64,000 nucleotides of DNA from Selaginella moellendorffii (lineage: Eukaryota; Plantae; Lycopodiophyta). Shown piece after piece: positions 53,656-64,000 of this stretch. Position 1 is the stretch's first letter. Each line of letters opens with the position of its first letter. The stretch lies in the NCBI RefSeq assembly GCF_000143415.4, contig NW_003314264.1, positions 90,107 to 154,106 on the forward strand. Reading direction: 5' to 3'. The notes beneath the pieces are model-generated. The model saw only the letters and a list, made by a program, of their open reading frames with translations. It had not been told where the DNA came from and made no database searches. The position numbers and the translations under genes were made by a program.

Positions 53656-55118
53656 ATGGAAGTGCTAGGTTCTAAGCAGGACAAATCTGCTGCCATGAGT
53701 TCCAAAGTCATGGTACGCACAGCCGCTGGCAGCAAGTAGAAATTCTAGTCATGTGTTTTAGGCATTGCTGCGAAAGCTGTCCATTGACACTTGGCTTAGA
53801 GCGCATGGAAAATCTGTACGCCCTGAGTTGACGAAAAAGCAAAAGCAGGAGCTGAAAGAATGTTTTGAGCTGATTGATTTAGAAGGATCAGGTGGCAAGT
53901 CTTTTCCCATTTTAATGGCTGTTGAGGAACATTTGCAGGTGCCATTGACGGTGGTGAGCTCATGGCAGCATTTAATGTTTTAGGAATGCATGTGACTAGG
54001 TCCGAAGTAGATAGGCTTTTGGACGAGGTGGACGAAGCCAAATGTGGTGAGGTTCGAACTTTTGCTTTTTCCGGGTAGAACCTTGATAGTTTTTGTCCAG
54101 GTTGAGTATCCTGACTTTGTTCGTATTATGAAGTCCAAGCTCGAAACCCAATCTGAAGACTCTAATGATGAAGATTGTAAAAACACAACTTTACTCCTTT
54201 CCTAGAGTATCAATGTTGTTCCATCTAATTTAGCGAAGCTCAAAAGCCAACAGCTTCCATTCCAGCTTCTTGCACGCGCATATCGGCGCAAGAAGGTTTG
54301 AGTAAATTAATTAAATTATATTTTGCCTATTTTTAATTTTCAGCTTATCGAGGCAGTGATGATTGGCGATAAAACTGCTCAAGAACGCTTGAGAGCAAAA
54401 GCTCTTGAAGCTGAGGCAGAACACCTGTCTGTGCTGGCTGCTATGGAAGCAGAAAGACAAAATCCGGTCTGTTTGGAATTTTCATCTATTAGAGATTTTC
54501 TTTTTTAGTTGCCCCAGACTTTGGCTTATGACGAAAAGGACTTGCGGACAATGTCTGACATCAACTACCAGGTTGGTAGCATATATGAAGATGACTTTTC
54601 TCTTATCTTTGGCATACAGAAACTGAGGCAGGCTCAAGTTCGAGACAAGCACATCAGTACGCTTTGATCTTCGTTCAGGTAGCTAGTTACCTCTGCATCC
54701 GTTGCAGATCGCTCGTTTCCAAGCTACGTTGTGGATAGCCTTGACGAAGATGTAAAGAAAGTACTCTATGGAGTTCAGGAAAACGAAATTCCAGCTGCCA
54801 CTGACGAAGACAGCTCGTTTGCGGGTAATGATACACATTAGTCAAAAACTGAAATGCATAATGGTTCAGCTGTTTTCATACAACCCGGGCAAGAGATAAA
54901 GCCTATCAGTTTGAGCAAGCAGATAAAAGACTCTTACAAGACAGAGCTAGCAGATGTCAGTCAGCGCCATTGCAAAGTTGGGCATTTGACTTTATTTTTC
55001 TAAAGGTAGAGTAAAGTAAAAAACACAGGTTCGGCATAAGCCCGTGCTTGAGCAGCAGATGATTCACCTGAAGGCACTCAAGTCTTTGCAAGAAGCTCAA
55101 CAAAGAAAAAGTTTGTAA
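53656..55118 (+). CDS. Centrin/calmodulin-like EF-hand protein with C-terminal extension
   Basis: ELTKKQKQELKECFELIDLEGSG|AIDGGELMAAFNVLGMHVTRSEVDRLLDEVDEAKCGE|VEYPDFVRIMKSKL (one EF-hand pair), then LPFQLLARAYRRKK|LIEAVM; short GT-AG introns; TAA at 55116-55118. Confidence 0.8.
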
Positions 55119-56269
55119 GAAGGGGGAACAACTATTATCCTCGACTATGTATCCTTTGCCACTAATACTATGTTGCTGGCATGGATCCCTGGGTAAAGTG
55201 GATTTGAAATTTAAAAGTGGACTTTAATTTCTCTCAGCGACTCGCACTTCACCCCAACAGACTTCCCTCTACTGTGAACATTGGTGAGGCTGGGGCCGTC
55301 CATGCAGACACCGGTGGAATATGCTGCTGCGGAGAACGTCGCACCTCCTGGAAATGCCGTCATCCTATGGGAGTTTTTGACAAGTCATCCATGGTATAGA
55401 TTCTACAAACTCCGTTCTTGACAAGGGAAATGGCACATTGGACTGCACGCGCAATCACCCAAGCGCTATTTCCATGACGAGGTGCACCACTGCAAGAAGA
55501 GAGCCCGTTCCGTTTGGTTAACCGAGTAGAGCGACCTCTCGCACAGGAAAGAAGCAGATGGAGGTAAGGGGGCTCTGTATTCTAAGTGGAAAAAGCAAGG
55601 CTTTTTCGTCTCGTTGAGGGACCAAGTACCGGGGGCATGGCATTCTCGGTTCTTCATGGTCGGAAGAAGCCGCCTGCGACATGGGCTGAAGAATCTTCCG
55701 AGGAGGAGACCAACATTCTGTCACTGTCTTTGGAGGAACTTCATGGAGAGGTAAGCGTCTTGCATCAGCAGGAGCTGAAAGACGCTCAAGGTGGTCAAGG
55801 GATCCAGGAGGATGGAATGGCCTATAGGCGACAAGAGGATCTTGAACGACAAATGGAAGAAAGGATGCAAAGGAGCTACTGAGGTGTAGCCGATCCAAGA
55901 ACACCAGGCCGGCAAGCATCCGGGGTGCAGGACGTTCACAAGGAGTGGGTTTCCGGGATCTCGGACAACTAGAAACTTCCTTTTTTGGGAATGTTGGCAT
56001 AGACTTTGATCCAGGCGTCTTCTATGCAACTTCTGAAAGTATGAGAGGTAGCTCAGAGCAATCGTGCACCATGGCTGTGGGACATATAAGCGATCTTAAC
56101 AGCTGGAACAGCCAATCATGTTGCTGAAGTCGAGAGAATTCCCAATGTACAATGCGGGACAAGAAGGGAAAGAAGGAATTGGCCAGAGCGGGTCAAGGAA
56201 GAAGAGGAGAGAGAAAGATGTAGGAAAATGAGAGACACAACCTACCTTCAGCCACTCCTTTATATCGTG

Positions 56270-56560
56270 TGCTCGTACCAAGAAGTGGCTGTTTCCTTTA
56301 CCAAGCTCTTCTCCTTTAGCTTCAGGTGCTGGATTCTTTGTTCAGCCGGTGTCTTCATGGCATCACTCATGGAAGCATCATCCACCAAGCCAGTGGGGCA
56401 AACAGTCAGTGATCGGGGTGTTTGGTCCTCTTGATATTTTCACTCCAAGAAAGCTGCTGCTATGGGCGTTTCCGTTGGTTCACAGCCGAGCAGCGATAAT
56501 TGCCAAAGCAAACGTTCTATTGATAAACCAGATTTTATCTCACTCTCACAGCTTTGATTT
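56270..56560 (-). pseudogene. PLS-class PPR gene relic
   Basis: LSLLGCEPTE.., SLTVCPTGLVDDA (cf. LSACSHAGLVDEG), LKEKSLVKETATSWYE (cf. E-motif MKEKGLKKEPGCSWIE); in-frame stop. Confidence 0.4.
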
Positions 56561-58399
56561 TCACACGAGGCTCAACAAATGGCCCAATGCTGCTGAGCTC
56601 TTCAGATCAGTGGCACCCAACCTGGTCTACTTAGAAGGGAGAAAACTCTGTAGGGATGATCCTCAGAATAGTCTCCTCCTATGCAAGTATTTCTGTGACT
56701 AAGTACGACAAACACTGTGACCAAGTAACAAGCCTTTGAACATCATATTCTTGACCACATTGGAACAGAAAAACAAAAAGAAAAGGTTTAGCCACAGCTG
56801 GGCTCGCTCACTTTCATACCATCCAGTGAGATTGCACCATTTACAAAAGTGATATCTGCGAGAACTAGAAAACGATGCAAGTGTTCGCGAGAAAAGAAAA
56901 GTATATTTGTTGTAAAATGATTTATGCCAACCTGTAACAAGACCCTAAGCCAACTGGCTAAAGGGGTGATCAGACCTGGTGCCTAACATGCAGGGCTTTG
57001 AAACCAGTGGCAGAAAGATTCAAGGCTCAGGAAAACTTCACATATCCCAAGTTTTCCTTCAAGGACAACTTGTGGTGGGGACATTGCATCCGCAACTGCT
57101 AACAGGTTTTCCAAGAATGCCATGAGGGAGCTTTGGTGACACATAGTAGAAAAATCTTTGTGCACTACTAACTTTTTATTGAATTTTCTTTTTTCTCATA
57201 GATATTGAGAATGTAGAAAGCTCAAAATCAATACTGCCTCGAAGAGCTCTAGCGTTTTCTTGCTTGGGCATTCCCCATGTTCATTGCATTCCAGAGTACC
57301 AAGTGGTCCATGTCTATCGGATTGAATCGTTCAAAGTCGCGAACACTACAAATATGGCCTGCCTCTTCAAAACGCTACCCATAAGATTCAAAGCAAACTT
57401 GCACACACAATAATTTGTCCCAATTCATGCACATCAATTCGTTCAAAAGGATAACAAAAGTGGGTCCTTTCTGTGCATGGTTGTGGCAAGACGCATGAGC
57501 ACCACCGGGAAGAGATCCAGGTTCTGCCATGAGAAAAAGTTGATAAAGATCACTAAGAAAAAGATTATAAAACAATCACTCATGTTACCTCACAACAAAG
57601 ATTTCTGGCTATCAATAGCACATCTTGCTTGACTTGATGAACAACGGCTGCTTCTGGTGTTTACTCCCTTGGTTACTATTGTAGCCAGGGCAGTCCCTTG
57701 TGGCAGCATTGCCTGGTCGTAGTGCAGTATTGTAAACAAGTTAACAAAACCATCACTCATATCCCGACAGGTTCCAGTCCATTGGAGAAAATAAAAAAAT
57801 CTTTCAACAATGTACTAAAAAGAAAAACAAGAAGCTACCTTGGTCGCCAGTGGTTCAATATGGTGCTTAAATTCCCCCCTAGGACTTGAGAATCTTTGGC
57901 ACTCAACGAATGGGCACACAAGAACTTGGTCGTATCTACACTATTCAATGGTGATACCCGAGGGCTTAGAGGCAATTCTATATAAAGTTGACCATTAAGT
58001 AGCAACACATATGAAGTTAGAGGAAGAAGTATATGGAAAGCATCACAACACACATCTTGCTTGCTCTACCTTGTTTGGCAAATGCTCAACCTAGATTCCT
58101 ACTCCATACATCACCATAGTTATCATATTAGTGTCAACCATCAGATTGGTATGAGCTCTAGAAATAGTTTAGCATATTTGAAGTTAAACAAAGAGCAATG
58201 TTAAGCAAAGAATCTTACTATGCTATTATAAAGAACTACAAAACAATATTTTTAAATAAAATATTTATTTACCTGTTTATGTTTTTGCAATATCTCCTTA
58301 TATATCACATTCATGTGTATGTTGTGCTACTTTGCTTATCAAGACATTGACCCTTATATTCATCAATACACAATTACTTTATCTTTTCTTTATAATGCT

Positions 58400-60400
58400 A
58401 CATATAATTTTTCATGACCAAAAATAGGCTTACGCAAATATATGCTTATATTGCTCAGTGTTTGACTCTGTGTAGCAAAAACAAAGCAAATCATTTTGGA
58501 AATTAGTGTCTCTTTAATACAAATGGCATGTCCCCTTTAGTTAATTTGAGAACAATCCTTGGTAACAAAACCTTTTTTCCTTCTCTATTTTCTTGTAAGA
58601 GTCTTGCTTCCAAAATATTATATAGTATGTCATTATTAGTTTCATGCCATTGCCACTTTTTGTGTCAAGTTTCTTAGAAATGCTCCCAACTTTTATATTT
58701 AGATTGTGTAGTGGCATTCCAGACAGTGTGATTGAGTTAAGAAACTTCACAGGATAATTCAGAGTTTTTTCAAAGAAAAATCTTCATGGCATAGAATAAG
58801 ATAGAGGTCAAAAAGGAGGTGAAAGATGGTGGTTTAGCAGGGAATCTTGTCCAAAAAGTGTGACAATTTTTAAAACTAATGAGTTTTACAAGAGTAGTAG
58901 GAGAAAAAATAGGCTATGAAATTTCAACTATAGCAGATTCCTCAATTGAATCACTTTCAAATGTATTTATGTTTCTAAAAGTCATTAACCTCCCTCTTTA
59001 AGACTTGTTCATTCAAATCTAAAGAATGGTCATTTAATATTCTTAGTCTTCTAACTGCAGTTAGTATAATCTCTCTTTTCAAAACATGGTTTATCATTTT
59101 ATCTTTGATTTGCACTTTATTGGCAATTTTTTCACTTGGTCCTTATGTCCTTGTAGAGAGGGTAATTATCCATTACCCAACTTCATTAATCACTCTGACC
59201 ACTCTTTCTCATCCATATTTATATGTATTTTCCTTTTTAAAGTAAATATAATAATTGATGACTATAATGGACTGGACTTAATGCTATTTTGTACAATTTA
59301 ATCCCATCTTTTTGCTTTTTAGAACTGGTAGTGTTTGTCTAAAATCACCAAAATAAAATAAAATATTTAATTATTTAAACTCTTTATCTTCTTTTTTATA
59401 TCACAAGTCAGCCACTCCAGAGCTCTAAAAGAATGTGCAAGTACTATACTTATTTCATTATAAATGAGGAAATTGGTATTTTTAATATGTTTAATAGCAC
59501 TTGAATTTTCTGTCACATCAAAAGTGCATATTTTAGTTATTGATATAAGTAGTTTAAATGTTTAATAAACAATTCATCTGTTGATAAATAATGTACAAGC
59601 AACATATCTATAGAATTTAGAGATTATCCCGAACATAATGGTGTTTGTCCCATGTCCAAATTCACAATCTAGAGACATTCTATATTTAGTAAGTTTCAAG
59701 TTTGGCCCAGAGACTAACTTTTGGCACTAAGGGTAGCTAAAGGCAAAAACCTAAATCTTAGTCTATACAACTACTATCACATTCTTTCCTATAGATTTAC
59801 ATGTAATAGTATTATTTTGAATAAAATTGATTTTTTAATACCTCTAACATCACCAATAAAAATTAGTTGTGGTTTACTCTTGTCATAGAGAGATATAATA
59901 TATGTGTCAAACATTTTTGCATTAGTCACTATTTAAACTGCTAAAATTTTATGCAAATCAAACTCTCAAATTACATCATATTATCTTCAAATATAACCTT
60001 GCATTCACATGAAAATTGTGGGATATCTTTAATACTAAGTCAAAATCTTGTATTGTTGTTCAAACATTTAAGATAAGATTTTTGTACCATCATAAAGTGA
60101 TAATACTGTTTTTAAAACTAATAATGTATGCATTGATACATGGAAAACATATAAAAAAATCTAATGACATACAAATAAAAATATGATTGATACAAGATTA
60201 GACACAATACAAAAGGCTACAATTTGAAAAAAATGTCATTCCATAAATTAAAAGATTATGCATCATCAATACCCTAATATATGAGTAAAACCTTACCTTT
60301 CACTGAAAACTTTTGGCCTTAATAACATTGTTATATTGCCATAAATTTGAATTAAAAAAGGAAAAATATAGATAATAATCTTAATTTATATAAGCATTAT
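58400..60400 (-). mobile_element. AT-decayed Helitron PIF1-like helicase, interrupted by an LTR fragment
   Basis: QLIFIGDVRGIKKS (decayed Walker A, ~59850), HSFRALEWLTCDI, GDFRQTLPV (~59325-59349), EWSE*LMKLGNG, FLNSITLSGMPLHNLNIKVG. Confidence 0.78.
59605..59750 (+). repeat. LTR fragment of the B/C family
   Basis: CATATCTATAGAAT..TCCAAATTCACAATCTAG..CCCAGAGACTAAC matches 34115-34260. Confidence 0.8.
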
Positions 60401-61099
60401 CTCTATACAAAAACATGTACAGAAATAATATTAATGATATGTAATATAATACTTTAGCATTTAATAAGTACTAAAAATCATAACAATATTTATATTTTTT
60501 AAATTTATAAGATGTATATAATTTAAGTGAGTTTTAAATCTATATTTTTTAACATTATTATATTTTAGTGCACTTAAAGTAACACTTTATTAAATGGAAA
60601 ATTTGTAGTGTTGAATGAATCATCAAGTGATAATAATTTTTATTAATTATATAGTTTGCAAATAAAAGAAAAAATTAGTTACCAAACCTCAAATTCTAAA
60701 TCACTCATCTGGCCATGGAATTCCATAGTGAGCAATTCCATTTATAAAAGATCCAAGACTTCACTTAACAATCAGGATTTTAAATGTGATATTATGTTAT
60801 GAGTGATATTTATTATGTTCTGATGTGTGTTGGTGATAGAGTCAATTGTAGAAGGGATTTTTAATATAAAGATTATATATTTTTAACTATATATGATTAC
60901 AACTCTTTGAAATTACTAAAACATCAGGAATAAACATGATGGTCTCAGTGTAGCTGAGACTTTAGTCACTAATTTTCATCACTCCCAGCAATGATAATGT
61001 TATTATACTATACCATAATCAAAATATAATAATATTAAATTTTAGATGCTACATCTAAATTTATTAAAATTATTAATTTTTTAATGATCTATGTTTTTC

Positions 61100-62480
61100 G
61101 ATAATCATGTTCTCCTTTAGATAATTTCTGGTTTTAAAAAAATTAATTTTAATATTATATTTGAACTGAAATTTTCTAAATTGTTAGCTCTATATGATTT
61201 AAAATCCATTGGCTAAAGACAATATGCAATAAATTTATTGCAAGTTTAAAAGTTTATTAAAGCTTTTGAAGTCATAACTTCCATAAGCTTTTATAATCAT
61301 AACTTCTAATATGATATCACCTAATTATAATCCTGATGAAGCATAGTTTATTATTTTCAATTTTATATATTTAAATTTTAGTGTTTCTACTACTTTGTAA
61401 TCTGAATTTCTTTTCATAAGAAGTTCATTTAGACCACTCTTTTTAACATTTTTTATTCTTATTTCTAAAAATTTTCCTTCTTATTCAATATTTTTTCTTA
61501 AGCAAATTTTTTCATCATTTATATTTCATAATATTTATCTTTTATATTATAAGTTACAAATGCCTTACACACTCTTGATCTGCTGGTAAAGTATGTTCTG
61601 TATTATAGGTGTATTAATATTTCTTATTATATAAAATACATAATATAAATATTTCTAAAAATATTATTTCTATATTTCCCAGCAGAGTTGTATTTATCTC
61701 AAAAATGTGACATATAAGTTTTCTGTATATATAAACCTTTACTTTGTATTTTTTAAATACTTAATTTATCAGTTTGAACTAAGAAGATATTTTTCTTATG
61801 TTTTGATAGGGATTGAGATAATACAAATGCAGAAAAATTCTAGAGAAAAATCATAAGACATATATAAACCTTATGTTTTAACTATAGAAAATAAATCATT
61901 GTGTCAATATTGAGAGAAAAGATAAACCTCATGTAAAGCTGCTGGTAGATTTAAGTAAGATTATGAGTAAGAAGACCAATTAAAAATATAAAAGACTTTG
62001 CTAATTTTTGAGATATTATTAAGATATGGATTTGATATTTGTATATGTATGAAATATCTTAAACAGTATTAGATACCATATCATATATGAGACATGAATG
62101 CATAGTTTTATCATGAAGCATTTGTACAGGTGTGTCTTAATACAAATATTATATCTCTAATGCAATTATTATCTTTGGATGAAGATAAAAGAGAATATTA
62201 GTTTAAGAAGATCTATAAATTTTCTCTTATTTAAAAGTTGCTTGAAACAGTTTTTCTATCTTTGGATGGATGGTAAAACAAGTGCATTGATGTTTTATTT
62301 TATCTTTTCTTATCTTCCATAATTTGTCATTGTAAGTATTATTTCTACAATGGCACAGAGGAGCCCAAAAGGTTGTATATCTATGATATAAGAACAAAAA
62401 CTTCTTAGTATATAAGGAGAAAGGTGAACAAGAAATACAAGCTTAGGTCCTTTATACATACACAACTAAAGCAAAAACTT
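61100..62480 (+). repeat. AT-rich dispersed repeat homologous to ~16480-17500
   Basis: Collinear shared blocks such as TAGATAATTTCTG, AAGTTACAAA.TG.CTTA, TTCCCAG.AGAGTTGTAT, TCTATGATATAAGAACAAAAAC. Confidence 0.7.
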
Positions 62481-62949
62481 TGATACAATTAATAGCAAAA
62501 TGCAAATTAAAAACACTTGATGCTACATACTTATATTTAATTGACTCCAACTACAGTTTTAAAAATGACTTAAAACGGCTCTATAAAGTATATAGAATGT
62601 ATGGACAAACTAATAATTATCTATCTATTAAAATAAACTACTCATTGCTATCTCTCATGGTATGACATCCAGATGACAAATATTCCAAACCATCTTAAGT
62701 TCCACCAACTAATAAATCATAATGATATAACAAATACATGATGTAATGAATATAGATGGTAGTAAATTCTTGAAAAAAATAACCTTGTATGCATTTAATA
62801 TAGTAAGTTTGCCAACCAAGATACATTCCTAGTCATCATACTCATATATTTAAATAAAAGAACTGATATAATAATAGCATATACTGGGGATGCTTATTCT
62901 AGGTATATGCCAAAATCTAATGATTATTATTATGTTAAAAATTACAATT

Positions 62950-63026
62950 ATGATCACAACTCTTTGAAATTACTAAAACATCAGAAATAAACACGATGCT
63001 TCCAGTGTAGCTGGGACTTTTGCTAG
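62950..63026 (+). mobile_element. Helitron-type 3' terminus (second copy at 60892-60966)
   Basis: ~75-bp duplicated block ending in hairpin TTCCAGT-GTA-GCTGGGA and CTAG|T. Confidence 0.6.
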
Positions 63027-63324
63027 TACTCCCTTATTTAAAAGTGCTATTGGCATATGGCATATGGCGTCTTTTATTCTATTTTTAGAATATTATTTGT
63101 GAATATACTTATAATCTAATGGTTGAAATTCAAAAAATTTAAATAAATAGGCTTTTGGATTGATGCAAAAAACTTTGGCATTATGAAGTTTAACTTTTGG
63201 ATGTGTTGAGAAGGATGTTGTGGATTGTACTATGATTTCTTCTTTGGCATTAAAATTGGTTTATGTGAGATTTATAATCATTATTAAGCAAAACTTGGCT
63301 ATAGGCTTCTTCAAGTTTTGGCTA

Positions 63325-63900
63325 ACTTGAAACTTACTAAATATAAAATGGCTTTAGATTGTTAATTTGGGCATGAGACAAACACTATTGTATTCAGGAT
63401 AATCTCTACATTCCATAGATATACCAAATTAGCAAATCTTGACACTTTCCATAAATAGAAATTGGGATCAAATGGAACTAACGCAAGGTGCATGATAGCA
63501 AGAATGTTTGGTAAACACAGTAAGCTATCATTTAGTGAATATTGAGGGACTAAGCTTAATATTGTAAGGGTTTCTATAGCGCAAATGAATTTGGAGCCGA
63601 ACTCCAATTATTCCGCTACAAAACGAGGGTCTGGTACAATCCCATGAGCACCAGCTCCCCGTATCCAGCACCTGCACGCAAAATAGTGTCAGACAGAGTC
63701 TGGCACAATTTTGGCATACTAGTGGCCTAACGCAAGGAGGAGGGTACCCCACTGACTAGAGTAGCATGGAGCTTGGGTTTAGACCTAAGCCGAATGTAGA
63801 GTAAAGAGTGACACAGCCCAGCGGGAGCCAAACTAATGTCTCAGGTGGTCAGACATGCATTCCAACCACTATCTCCCTACTATACATTTGGAACCCCCCA
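63325..63900 (-). repeat. Two joined LTR fragments of the element B family
   Basis: 63575-63900 matches 30490-30817 (LTR 3' part); 63325-63575 matches 30140-30380 (LTR middle). Confidence 0.85.
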
Positions 63901-64000
63901 CCCTTGCCACCCTTGCTACTTCGAGTATGTAAGCAACCAAAGAGAACGACTTGAGAGACCCTTGGTCTCGGTCATTCTGGTTCGCGTATTTGGTTTGCCT

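Noticed and set aside
55220-56130. Overlapping ORFs on both strands
   Set aside because: No recognisable domain or consistent exon structure; probably mixed gene debris.
61100-61300. Polinton-like integrase fragment on the minus strand (QFRKFQFKYNIKINF)
   Set aside because: Multiple stops, and the homologous copy at ~16500 does not preserve the motif.

Overview
Eukaryotic nuclear DNA from a flagellated-sperm land plant, most likely a Selaginella-type lycophyte. This is inferred from ~50-nt introns, ciliary/centriolar genes and CYP88-like P450s. The window is a mosaic of three components. (1) Ty3/gypsy chromovirus LTR elements: one well-preserved 3' half at 1-3313, a decayed full-length copy at 24654-30817, a non-autonomous copy at 33914-40816, and several LTR fragments. 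(2) Decayed Helitrons and repeated gene fragments: three CYP88/KAO-like pseudocopies, ACBP4-like kelch exons and a PPR relic. (3) Four apparently intact host genes: a large unknown gene, a SPATA4/SPEF1-type CH domain + JHY-like gene, and a head-to-head CEP295-like / centrin-like pair. The most striking observation is that the integrase of the well-preserved chromovirus is split by two canonical GT-AG spliceosomal introns (864-910 and 1329-1380). Removing them exactly restores the D,D(35)E and GPY/F motifs, and the related chromovirus in the same window is intronless at both sites. The same element has a densely folded 3' UTR with tRNA-like T-loops. Together these suggest an intron-retaining LTR retrotransposon that separates spliced Pol mRNA from unspliced genomic RNA. 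All family assignments come from motif recognition by eye; no searches were run.
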